Positions 1 through 8,961 of a stretch of 25,836 bases of DNA are shown here, one piece after another. Source of the DNA: a virus. Its lineage: Duplodnaviria > Heunggongvirae > Uroviricota > Caudoviricetes. The notes below the pieces were generated by a model, which saw nothing but the letters and a program-made list of their open reading frames with translations, was not told the DNA's origin and did no database searches. Location of the stretch: the IMG/VR virus record IMGVR_UViG_2526164601_000026, one strand, 5' to 3'. Each line of letters starts with the position of its first letter. Within the stretch, counting starts at the first letter, position 1. The position numbers and the translations under genes are program-made.

Positions 1-43
1 AAAAATTTTTATGTTTTCAGTATAAAATTTCTGTTCCCTTATC

Positions 44-535
44 CTACATATTATCCTGACAGTGGGGATACATAGAAGCATAGGAAAAAAGTACTAGATC
101 TAGTTCAAACGTTTCTTTCATGCCATCCATGGTTATGGAGGTACTCAGTAACCCACGATGGGCCAGAGATTCTACTCCAGTCATTGGGTTATCAAGCTTA
201 TTCATTTGCCCCCATGTCATAACTGAACTGCCATGTTTTACAAAGTGCATCACCACTTCTTTTTCACTGTCAGTTAGGGAGTGATAAAGCGCTGATAGTC
301 GATTTTTTGCGGCTTCCTCCTCTTTGCGGGTAATAATTCGCTGATAGATTCCTCCGGTTATAACTTTTACCACTGGAAAAGTTATAACAAAGGAAAATAA
401 CGTTATCACATTATCGGAATATATTAGATAACAGGTCAGTCCAACTATCCCGGATAGACATATGGCAATATTGATGCTAAAGTCTTTCTCCGAATAAACG
501 CGGCCAAATAGTTTTTCGAGAACATCTTCTATCAA
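44..535 (-). CDS. Small inner-membrane protein, possibly SieB-family superinfection exclusion protein
   Basis: 163-aa ORF with two N-terminal hydrophobic helices (INIAICLSGIVGLTCYLIY; ITLFSFVITFPVVKVITGGIY) followed by a charged soluble domain. Size, topology and position at the early-left end of a lambdoid prophage fit SieB-like proteins. Family assignment is from memory, not a search. Confidence 0.45.
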   Translation of the reverse strand: MIEDVLEKLFGRVYSEKDFSINIAICLSGIVGLTCYLIYSDNVITLFSFVITFPVVKVITGGIYQRIITRKEEEAAKNRLSALYHSLTDSEKEVVMHFVKHGSSVMTWGQMNKLDNPMTGVESLAHRGLLSTSITMDGMKETFELDLVLFSYASMYPHCQDNM

Positions 536-841
536 AGTTATACTCCTTGTTGGGTACTAAAGACGCTTGAATATACAGCTAACATTACTTTACTAGGGAT
601 AATAATTGATTTTCTTACCGAACTATGGGTACTGAACGCTTTGGCATCTTTTATTACAGGTGGTTACTGCTGATGGCATAAGAGTATTATCAGTATTGGT
701 AGAAAAATAAAACAGAAATTTTCTGTAATACCCCATTTATCAAGACGCCTTTATATTTCTAACGTCTGTATCTGGCTAAGGGGCAGTCAGGTTTAGAACT
801 GTGCAATAGTTGCGTTTGTTCGAATCCGGCGCGGCCACTGT

Positions 842-3133
842 TCAGTACATTCCGTCCCAGTCCGGACGGTTGGTTTTTTTATGATGAAACCCGTTTACAG
901 GACGCCCTGTCGGGTGGTTATTGTCCTGTGGAAGCGTTAACAGGTTTATACCTGCTCTTTCTGCTCTCACTGATATCTGATTTTCCTCTTTTGTTTCAGG
1001 TAGTTCTGGTCTGTTCAGCGTGATATAGCGAATTCGTCGATCTTCCCGTGTGGTCGTTTTTAGCGTATTCACCGCTGTTTCCCACAAGGCACTTTCACGT
1101 GCGTTGATATCCGTGTCGTACTCTTCCAGCATTGCCATAGCCGCCTGACGTCCTGCAATGCGTTGCTGGAATGTATCCACGATCGTGTGCGGCTCTGTGC
1201 GAATTTTTCGTCTTTTTCTGGAGGGTTTTGCAGTCAGGACGCCAATGATGGCACTGACATTTTCCGGTGACGGTATTCGACGTTGAGTAGTACGGGGAAC
1301 AAGACGGCGGAGACGGTCCAGGCGTGGCGCATCCACGCTGATATACCTGTTTATAACCACGGGATCGCTGCTGCAGCTTTTCTCATCGTCAGGGATGAAG
1401 AATGATGCTGATGGTACGGTTTCTCCCCGGAAAATAGAAAAGAACTCGCCAGGATGAAGTTCAATCAACTCCTGAACATTTATCTTGCTTTCCATTAGGA
1501 TGCTGATTTGTGGGCTGTCAATCCATGATTCACCAAATATGCCGTCCTGACGCTGTAGGTTGTTCATTCTCGCCCTGGCTTCTTCACCGGCGGCGCTTTT
1601 CAGCGTTCTGGCTGTACTACCCTCGCTGACAATCCTGCCGGCAAATTTTGTCCCCGTGTTCTGCATCAGTGTTGCAGTATTCGTGGCTGTTGTCTGTCCT
1701 TCTATACGTTCCTGGTCCTGTGCCATCAAAATCAGAGCAAAATCCAGTGAACGCACCTGAGTGGCTTCCACAGCAATACGGTCCGTATAGTATGCCCCCA
1801 CTTCATCAAGGAAACACAGATAAGGGAAACGCCCCTTATATTTTTTGACTTCCAGTGCATCGGAATCAGTTCCTTCGAGGCGGTAGCCCAAATCACGGGC
1901 GAGAATCATACTTTTCTGGGTGATAAACATTCGTCCAAGAGCAGACGTTGTATGCGCTGATGTATCCAGAGCGGGGATCATTACCATCAGAATCCTGTCG
2001 CTGTGAATGCTGTCACGGATATCGATATCACCGGAATCTTCAGCAAAAATATCCCCGAATGCTTCCGTGAATGTGCTGAAAGTTTCAGAAAACTGCCCGG
2101 AGAGATAAGCATGTTGTTTTCTGGGTTCTTCCGTCCAGGCTGATGGTGTCCTGACCAGCGACAGGTCGAAACCGGGAACGTCCTGAAGGTAGTTACGTAA
2201 CGGTGCGATAGCTTCTTCCGGCCACTGATCATCGAGGCCACGACAGTAAAGTTTGGCCATCCCTTCGAGAGTCATATGTTCACGGAGCATCTGCAGCGAC
2301 ATTGTTTTGCCTTCGCGCACACACCAGAATTTAGTACCAAATACCAGTGCCTTATTCATGGCAATGGCCCGGGACTGCCACTCGCCCCCCTGGACGTTCT
2401 GGGGCAGCATTGACTGCATTGTCTCCGCTGTGAATGCCTCAGTGCTGTAACAGAAGGGATTCCAGGTATTTGACTGAGGACGCGTTTTTTCACCACTCAG
2501 AATGATTTCACTGCGGGATTTTCCTCCGTTCATGAAGTTAATGACTTCCACATCGTCTTCACGTCCAAAGCGTCTGGCCAGATACCAGATCGTTCTTGCC
2601 GTATCATTCTGTGCCTTGCCATCGACAAGGGTGAATCCTCTTGCCCAGCAAAGTGGGTTAATCGCCCAGGCAAAGATGGTTTCCGTTTTACCGCCACCGG
2701 TGGTGGCGAAAAACATTATATGGCGGGTCAGATCGTCCATACTCAGCCATAACTCCCTGCCAATATCCCTGACGCGTTGATAACCAACATAGAATATGCC
2801 GCTGGCCGGTGATTCCAGAATGACCTCATACTGGAACAGGGTTGGCCAGAAGCTGAAAAGACTTCTTTTAATCATTCTGTCCTGTGACGGGTCAGCACAT
2901 TCCAGCGTCATGGGCATACGAAGAGGGCAGCGCCATCGCTGCAGACTAAATACCAGCATCGTTATCAGTGTGAACAACAGACATGCCGGTAATGCAAGTG
3001 GCCAGATAAAACTGGCCACAAGACTTGCCACCAGGCAAAAGCCATAGATATTGAGACTCTGGAGTGCATTCCAGACAGGATTTCCCCAGGCTGTACGGTG
3101 TAAAAGCTCGGGGTTAACGCGATGTTCACTCAT
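842..3133 (-). CDS. Type IV coupling protein-like P-loop ATPase (VirD4/TraD/DotL-like; resembles TrbC of IncI1 plasmids)
   Basis: 763-aa ORF. Two N-terminal TM helices (FCLVASLVASFIWPLALPACLLFTLITMLVFSL), Walker A FFATTGGGKTE, Walker B-like LCFLDEVG. Start overlaps the stop of the upstream gene by 8 nt, indicating translational coupling. Third gene of a three-gene operon. Confidence 0.7.
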   Translation of the reverse strand: MSEHRVNPELLHRTAWGNPVWNALQSLNIYGFCLVASLVASFIWPLALPACLLFTLITMLVFSLQRWRCPLRMPMTLECADPSQDRMIKRSLFSFWPTLFQYEVILESPASGIFYVGYQRVRDIGRELWLSMDDLTRHIMFFATTGGGKTETIFAWAINPLCWARGFTLVDGKAQNDTARTIWYLARRFGREDDVEVINFMNGGKSRSEIILSGEKTRPQSNTWNPFCYSTEAFTAETMQSMLPQNVQGGEWQSRAIAMNKALVFGTKFWCVREGKTMSLQMLREHMTLEGMAKLYCRGLDDQWPEEAIAPLRNYLQDVPGFDLSLVRTPSAWTEEPRKQHAYLSGQFSETFSTFTEAFGDIFAEDSGDIDIRDSIHSDRILMVMIPALDTSAHTTSALGRMFITQKSMILARDLGYRLEGTDSDALEVKKYKGRFPYLCFLDEVGAYYTDRIAVEATQVRSLDFALILMAQDQERIEGQTTATNTATLMQNTGTKFAGRIVSEGSTARTLKSAAGEEARARMNNLQRQDGIFGESWIDSPQISILMESKINVQELIELHPGEFFSIFRGETVPSASFFIPDDEKSCSSDPVVINRYISVDAPRLDRLRRLVPRTTQRRIPSPENVSAIIGVLTAKPSRKRRKIRTEPHTIVDTFQQRIAGRQAAMAMLEEYDTDINARESALWETAVNTLKTTTREDRRIRYITLNRPELPETKEENQISVRAERAGINLLTLPQDNNHPTGRPVNGFHHKKTNRPDWDGMY

Positions 3134-4196
3134 GGCCAGACTCGCTGTCGGTGGTTTTCAGGAATAAATTAAGCGTGCCAGTTTCCTGCAGAATTCCAGT
3201 AGGCAGATGCCAGCCCGTGTCGGACAGCACCCATGGGGTACCGGCAAATCCGAACTTACGGAAGGCGACATTGTTAACATCAATCGCAGCTCTGGCTGCT
3301 TTCAGGCATGTTTCATCTGCAGGCGTTGTTTCTTCTGATGGCGTCATCATTCCGTTATCTGCGGAATACAGTCGGTGCCAGCTGGCAGCACGTTTCTGAG
3401 CATCTTTTTCACACAGCAGTGGTGCCACACGGTCGGTGGATTCCTCTCCACCAATAACTGAAACCGGGTAGATAACGACATTGAAGTCGCTGGCCAGGCG
3501 TTTTAAGGCCGGCTCCAGAAGTCTGCAGTTAGGACAGGCAGGATCGAGAAATGCGAACAGGGTTCGTTCATGACCGGATGACAGGTTGATGGTAAACATG
3601 CCCCGATCGGCGTTCCGCTTCAGAACAGTAGCCAGATTATGTCGCGCAGCTGCGGCTTCCGGATTTTTGCTTGTGATTGTTTTCTCCGGTACCTGGACGT
3701 CTTTTTTCGGGGGAACCGGGAGTTGAATGCCTTCATTTAATGGCACAGTGTGATTCAGGTGAGGGGGAAGCAGTCGTGGCTCACCTGCTGTCTGTACTGC
3801 TTCAGGCGTTGTATCATCCCAGAATACACGATCAACATAGCGGAACAGAGAGAAGCCAATCGTTGCCATTACGAACAGCACAACGCTGGCGATTATGCCA
3901 CGGAACAAAGGTGTTCTGCTGAAGCGGCGTTCCATCAGATATTCAAGGCGCAGGCAGGAATCAATAGCTGTAAGTATCTGGTCAGCGTTATGCTCCTGTT
4001 TATCAATCAGGACGGTTTCTCTGTTACGGGTGCCCATGGCGTCAAAGGCTATATGAATCAGTTGATTATTTCGTGTTACCAGCCCTGACAGGGCATCCCG
4101 TGGAAGGACGGCAATAATTTCTGTCCTGCCATCCGGCCAGATTGCCTGCACGGAAATATGTTTTGCAATGCGTGTTGCAAAGTACTCGATTGTCAT
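3126..4196 (-). CDS. Membrane-anchored thioredoxin-fold protein with CxxC motif (DsbA/DsbC-like; TrbB-like)
   Basis: 356-aa ORF. Single internal TM helix (LFRGIIASVVLFVMATIGFSLF) and C-terminal FLDPACPNC thiol-disulfide motif. A GGAG RBS lies in the 18-nt spacer after the upstream gene. Confidence 0.65.
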   Translation of the reverse strand: MTIEYFATRIAKHISVQAIWPDGRTEIIAVLPRDALSGLVTRNNQLIHIAFDAMGTRNRETVLIDKQEHNADQILTAIDSCLRLEYLMERRFSRTPLFRGIIASVVLFVMATIGFSLFRYVDRVFWDDTTPEAVQTAGEPRLLPPHLNHTVPLNEGIQLPVPPKKDVQVPEKTITSKNPEAAAARHNLATVLKRNADRGMFTINLSSGHERTLFAFLDPACPNCRLLEPALKRLASDFNVVIYPVSVIGGEESTDRVAPLLCEKDAQKRAASWHRLYSADNGMMTPSEETTPADETCLKAARAAIDVNNVAFRKFGFAGTPWVLSDTGWHLPTGILQETGTLNLFLKTTDSESGHE

Positions 4197-4214
4197 TTTC
4201 AGTTCTCCGGATAA

Positions 4215-5423
4215 TCAGAATTCGTTGTCTGTAGCAGGTGTGCGGGGCAGGATGTCGTCGGTGAGGGACCAGTTGGTCAGGATGCGGCGTTTCCGGTCGC
4301 GATCTGGTTGTGGTTCATCCCAGATAAGACCGAGACTGAGCATATCCCGCCGTAAGCCTTCCACCGCTTCATCAACACAGGGTTCAGGGCAGGGAAGACC
4401 AAAACGCATGGCTTCGGCCTCTGCACGTGCAACGGCCACCACGCCAGCGCCTTCAATAAATCCTTTCGTGGTATTGGCGCGGTGTAATGCATAAAACAGC
4501 GTCCTGTCCACGCCTTTCAGCCAAATCCAGTTGGGTGGCGTAAGCCGCAGGTCATGTGCATACAGCCAGACCAGCCCACTGCGGACGTAGCGATGTTGTT
4601 TCAGCCATTGCTGTGCTCCGTTGCTTTTAATCACTCTCTGGAAAGCTGATTTGGCCAGTGAATAAACAGGGGTACAGAATTTCCCACTGTCCCGTTTGCT
4701 TTTAATTCTGCATGAGAGGTTCAGTGTATCCATGAGCTTTAATGCTGCCTTACGATCATCCAGGAAATACTGAAGACCAAATATGGCAAAGAGCGCTTTT
4801 TCATGTGGTGCCATGTCTTTCCAGGACGTTAAAGGTTTACCCAACTGGGCCATGAAACATCGTCTTGCAGCTGCAACATCGAGCTGCATATTGGTGATGA
4901 GAGTATGCTGCTCGACAAATGCTTCCGGGGTGAGAGCAACCCGCCGTTCAGGTCGTTTGCCACCATGAAAGAGTTTTTCCGGATCACCATCTGCCAGTAC
5001 AGGGGCGATAGCAGGGGACAACGAAGCAAAGATGTGTGGCAGTCGGGTAATATCTACTGGTCTGCGGGTGAAACGACTTTGTCCCGGATGTTGATACCAC
5101 TCCCACAAACACCAGAGTGTCACAGGTAAGAGGTACATCCACAGAATACCTATGGTCTGCTCCATGACGTTAACCCACTGGCTATAGCTTATGTTGGCGG
5201 CGTTGTTACCGGTCATGGCAAGCAGGTTGTATCGTGGTGCTGCATAGTTATGAAATGGTCCCCAGTCAACCAGTCCCCATAAGGTATGAAGAATCAGGCA
5301 GCTGGCGTAAACCACTTCCGGCAAGAATAACCATATAACGAATAGCAGCAGGATAAGAAGGACACCAACAGCGCCCCATATCTGCATAGGATCTTCTGCG
5401 ACAGGCTGTCGATTGTAAGACAT
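4215..5423 (-). CDS. Inner-membrane protein (DotM/IcmP-like; TrbA-like), first gene of the coupling-module operon
   Basis: 402-aa ORF. N-terminal TM helices (GAVGVLLILLLFVIWLFLPEVVYASCLILHTLWGLV; IGILWMYLLPVTLWCLW) then a soluble domain. GGAG RBS 8 nt upstream of ATG. Family assignment is by architecture and gene order only. Confidence 0.5.
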   Translation of the reverse strand: MSYNRQPVAEDPMQIWGAVGVLLILLLFVIWLFLPEVVYASCLILHTLWGLVDWGPFHNYAAPRYNLLAMTGNNAANISYSQWVNVMEQTIGILWMYLLPVTLWCLWEWYQHPGQSRFTRRPVDITRLPHIFASLSPAIAPVLADGDPEKLFHGGKRPERRVALTPEAFVEQHTLITNMQLDVAAARRCFMAQLGKPLTSWKDMAPHEKALFAIFGLQYFLDDRKAALKLMDTLNLSCRIKSKRDSGKFCTPVYSLAKSAFQRVIKSNGAQQWLKQHRYVRSGLVWLYAHDLRLTPPNWIWLKGVDRTLFYALHRANTTKGFIEGAGVVAVARAEAEAMRFGLPCPEPCVDEAVEGLRRDMLSLGLIWDEPQPDRDRKRRILTNWSLTDDILPRTPATDNEF

Positions 5424-5583
5424 GACAAAGTCTCCATTTCTGGAATTTAAATCAAACGGAAAGGTTAAAAATTTATTTGCAGGCGATAAGAGCTAACCAG
5501 AGGAATTAGCCGTGCGATAAAAGGATTGTTGCAGATACGAAAGTCGTTAGAATAGCTGCGGGCGCTTGAGGCTGTATGCCGAA

Positions 5584-7366
5584 AGCGTTTTGTGGACGGT
5601 ATACAGCAGAAAGCCCCTGGAGATTTTTTTATCAATCAACCAAGGGCTCTACTGTAATGCCTAGACAACATTATAGTAGCCCGATAACCGCCGGAAGGCA
5701 ATGGAGGGGCTATGATGTGTTAACACCAAGCTGTAATGTCCCCTTTCGTAACCATTCTAAAATGTCCCCACGACAATTCTCTGGGGGAGTTTTTCTATGA
5801 TCAAAGAGACTGTTACGATGAGTCATAAGGAACTCCACCGACTTCAGATTATTCAGGAGTCAATTAATCGACATATTACTCAGGAACAAGCTGCGGCACG
5901 CATTGGCATTTCTATTCGGCAGGTTAAACGTCTGGTGCAACGGTATAGAAATGAAGGGCCTTCTGGTCTGGTTTCCCCCCGACGTGGAAAGCGTCCTAAT
6001 AATTCCTTTCTACTGATTCAGAGCAACAGTAATTTCACTCCTCAAAGGCCGTTACGCTGATTTTGGACCTACGTTTGCGTGCGAAAAATTGCGTGAGATA
6101 CACGGTTTATCTTTATCCGTTGAAACTCTCAGAAAGTGGATGATAGAAGAGGGGTTATGGCGTGAACGCCGTCGTAAAATTGCCCGTATATATCAACGCC
6201 GCATGCGACGACCATCTTACGGTGAACTGATCCAGATTGATGGCTCACCTCATGACTGGTTTGAAAATCGAGGCCCCAGATGTACACTGATCGTTTTCAT
6301 TGATGATGCCACCAGTGCGTTGATGGCGTTGCGTTTTGTGCCTGCTGAAACAACCCGGGCTTACATGGAAACCCTCCGGGGTTACCTTAATGATCATGGC
6401 GTACCGCTCGCTCTCTACTCTGATAGACACAGTATATTCAGGGTAAATAACCCAGAGCGGGAAGGTGAGCTGACCCAGTTCACTCGTGCGATAAAGACAC
6501 TGGGCATCGAGCCAATCCATGCCAACAGCCCGCAGGCAAAAGGGCGGTAGAGCGCGCCAATCAGACACTACAGGACAGGCTGGTCAAAGAAATGCGGCTT
6601 CAGAATATCAGTGATATTGAAACAGCAAATGCATGGTTGCCGACCTTTATTGAAGCCTATAACAACCGGTTCGCTACGTCGCCTCGTACTACTGATAATG
6701 CTCATCTTGATGTGCACCATTCTGAAGAGGAACTGGGTTATATCTTCAGCCTACAGGCGAAGCGCGTTCTGTCTAAAAATCTCACTTTCCAGTACAAAAG
6801 CAGTGCGTTTCAGGTACGCAGTGAGGGCCGGGGATATCGACTTAGGCATTCGGTTGTTACTGTATGCGAGAACTTTGACGGTGAAATTAACGTTCTGTAT
6901 GACGGGAAAGCGCTGGGCTGGGAAAAGTATGTTGATGGCCCGGAGCCTATACCACTGGATGATGAAAAGAGTGTCCATGAACGAGTGGATAATGCCCGTA
7001 TTGATTTACGCTCAAAATACTATGTTAAACCTAAAGCTGACCATCCCTGGCTTACGCGCCGAACGCAAAGTCATCAGCAAGTTAAGCCCCCGAAGTTACC
7101 TAAAAAGAAGCCTGATCCCGATAAAAAAGATTGAAACCAAGATCGATTCGGTTGAGTGCATATCCATTCATAGGGTAGATTCTTAAGTCGCGTTTCTGGT
7201 GTTCATTTTCGGGTGGTTTGTTACTTGTTTTACCGGGGATATGCCAGAAACGCGCTGAGTCAGTCTGGGCGGTGCGCGTAATGAGGCGTTATGGCAAATA
7301 GCCTATGCTAATGTCCGCTAAGAGCAAGAAGCGGAAGTTGGCAGTTTGTGGACTGTCCCCACAAAA
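5584..7366 (+). mobile_element. Degenerate insertion sequence (approximate boundaries)
   Basis: Encloses the frameshifted transposase. Imperfect inverted similarity between the left end (gttttgtggacgg, ~5584) and the reverse complement of the right end (ttttgtggggacag, ~7345-7366). Boundaries are uncertain and no target-site duplication was identified. Confidence 0.3.
5797..7134 (+). pseudogene. DDE (rve-type) transposase with N-terminal HTH, split into three frames by two frameshifts
   Basis: ORFs 5797-6060, 6089-6550 and 6592-7134 are consecutive pieces of one ~445-aa transposase (HTH ...IGISIRQVKRLVQRY...; integrase core ...LIQIDGS...IVFIDDATS...). Frame breaks near 6035-6060 (T run) and 6545-6552 (gggcggtag, G run). 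Family guess ISNCY/IS481-like, not verified. Confidence 0.65.
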
Positions 7367-7532
7367 GTGACTACAGAAATAGTTGCAATTCATAATTGAT
7401 CATGGGTTGTCAGTTAAACTCGTGGCGATTTAAATAGACTAATTGGGAGTGCGTCCATTACTTATATCTTGTAATGTTAACTATCAGAAATGATACAAAG
7501 ATAATATGTCTTTAAAGAAAAGGCTGATGGCG

Positions 7533-7555
7533 AAAAGTGGCCCGATGAGGGCCAC
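7533..7555 (-). terminator. Putative rho-independent terminator downstream of flxA
   Basis: Hairpin gtggccc-gatga-gggccac, followed on the minus strand by TTTTCGCC. Confidence 0.35.
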
Positions 7556-7565
7556 AATACGGCTG

Positions 7566-7901
7566 TCACTTAGACGTAAATATCAATGGTGCCAGCGGTA
7601 TTTGTATCGTCTTTTTCTCTTCTTTTTTATCAGGCTGAACTGTCGCGTCTTCATTCTTTTTCTCTGCCTGCTGCCTTAACAACTGCTCCAGTTGAGCCCA
7701 GAGGCTTTCAATTTGCTTCTGTACCAATGCAGCCATTTCTTTTTTCTGCTGTGTCGTCATCCCCTCTTCCGATGAGATTTTCCCAAGCTTTTCAGTCAGC
7801 ACCTGAATTTGTCTTGTGATTTTGGCTATTTCTGATGTTCCTTCCGGGGCGGAGTTGTTTGAAATAACGGTTGAGGTATTTCCCTGAATTGTGACAGACA
7901 T
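7566..7901 (-). CDS. flxA: FlxA-like protein (prophage gene of the flagellar regulon)
   Basis: 111-aa ORF (MSVTIQGNTSTVISNNSAPEGTSEIAKITRQ...) matching my recollection of Qin-prophage FlxA. AGGAG RBS 7 nt upstream of ATG. Sigma-28 promoter immediately upstream. Confidence 0.65.
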   Translation of the reverse strand: MSVTIQGNTSTVISNNSAPEGTSEIAKITRQIQVLTEKLGKISSEEGMTTQQKKEMAALVQKQIESLWAQLEQLLRQQAEKKNEDATVQPDKKEEKKTIQIPLAPLIFTSK

Positions 7902-7924
7902 AGATTTCTCCTTTTAAAAAAGCA

Positions 7925-7951
7925 CTATCGGCATGCACAAAAAAATCTTTA
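7925..7951 (-). promoter_or_regulatory. Sigma-28 (FliA)-type promoter for flxA
   Basis: Minus strand reads TAAAGATT-N11-GCCGATAG against consensus TAAAGTTT-N11-GCCGATAA. The -10 element ends about 24 nt upstream of the flxA ATG. Confidence 0.55.
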
Positions 7952-8397
7952 ATCGTATTTCTTGTGTCATTAATTGTTTGATGTTCAGATTGTTTTCCTC
8001 GCGGGCTGGCGCGCCTCAGAAAGTAAAGCTTGTTGACAGGGGTAAACGTTCGGCAATAATTTTCTGCCGCATGCGGGTGTTGCATAAAACGTGCTACGTT
8101 CCTTTATCGACAGGTCAGGTCACCGCTCACCCGCCGACGAGAAAGCAACACTGACATGCTAAAGCAAAAAATAGATGAATAAGTTGAGTTGTGCATATGT
8201 AGCCTGACCGTCACAAAGTATATGGTGTCTGTACCAGTAAGATGATGGCCGGACTCTTTAAAAACGAGCTGACCTGCACAATACAGGATTGGACTTAGCA
8301 ATGGCTGCTCCTGGCACAAAGCGGACAGTGATCACCGTTCTTACGACTACTTTCTGACTTCCTTCGTGACTTGCCCTAAGCATGTTGTAGTGCGATA

Positions 8398-8424
8398 CTT
8401 GTAATGACATTTGTAATTACAAGA
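8398..8424 (+). promoter_or_regulatory. relBE operator/promoter region
   Basis: gtaatgacatttgtaattacaagagg, with the palindrome ttgtaattacaa, directly upstream of the relB ATG; matches the known relO architecture. Confidence 0.45.
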
Positions 8425-8434
8425 GGTGTAAGAC

Positions 8435-8673
8435 ATGGGTAGCATTAACCTGCGTATTGACGATGAACTTAAAGCGCGTTCTTACGCCGCGCTTGAAAAA
8501 TGGGTGTAACTCCTTCTGAAGCGCTTCGTCTCATGCTCGAGTATATCGCTGACAATGAACGCTTGCCGTTCAAACAGACACTCCTGAGTGATGAAGATGC
8601 TGAACTTGTGGAGATAGTGAAAGAACGGCTTCGTAATCCTAAGCCAGTACGTGTGACGCTGGATGAACTCTGA
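8435..8673 (+). pseudogene. relB: RelB antitoxin, frameshifted as given (A5 run at 8496-8500)
   Basis: Translation MGSINLRIDDELKARSYAALEKWV then stop. The rest of RelB (GVTPSEALRLMLEYIADNERLPFKQTLLSDEDAELVEIVKERLRNPKPVRVTLDEL) continues in the +1 frame. One A appears to be missing relative to the K-12 gene as I recall it. Confidence 0.75.
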
Positions 8674-8961
8674 TGGCGTATTTTCTGGATTTTGACGAGC
8701 GGGCACTAAAGGAATGGCGAAAAGCTGGGCTCGACGGTACGTGAACAGTTGAAAAAGAAGCTGGTTGAAGTACTTGAGTCACCCCGGATTGAAGCAAACA
8801 AGCTCCGTGGTATGCCTGATTGTTACAAGATTAAGCTCCGGTCTTCAGGCTATCGCCTTGTATACCAGGTTATAGACGAGAAAGTTGTCGTTTTCGTGAT
8901 TTCTGTTGGGAAAAGAGAACGCTCGGAAGTATATAGCGAGGCGGTCAAACGCATTCTCTGA
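8673..8961 (+). pseudogene. relE: RelE mRNA-interferase toxin, frameshifted as given (A4 run at 8720-8723)
   Basis: ATG overlaps the relB stop (ATGA). MAYFLDFDERALKEWRK, then the frame is lost; the remainder (...KKKLVEVLESPRIEANKLRGMPDCYKIKLRSSGYRLVYQVIDEKVVVFVISVGKRERSEVYSEAVKRIL) is in another frame (ORF 8749-8961). Confidence 0.75.

Noticed and set aside
1560-3047. Several 65-92-aa plus-strand ORFs inside the coupling-ATPase gene
   Set aside because: All are nested antisense to a 763-aa ORF with clear Walker motifs; none has an RBS or recognisable domains.
842-3133. Alternative identity of the 763-aa ATPase as an FtsK/terminase-type or KAP-family NTPase
   Set aside because: The N-terminal double-TM anchor followed by the P-loop domain, with a membrane-protein partner encoded upstream, fits type IV coupling proteins better. 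This remains unverified without a profile search.
5576-5800. 74-aa plus-strand ORF upstream of the transposase
   Set aside because: Lies in the presumed IS left end/leader, has no RBS or recognisable features, and its stop abuts the transposase start; likely non-coding.
7792-8319. Small ORFs (97, 73 and 71 aa) between flxA and relB
   Set aside because: They overlap the flxA promoter and relBE regulatory region on mixed strands with no RBS. A ydfV-like gene might be expected here from the Qin order, but none of the frames is convincing.
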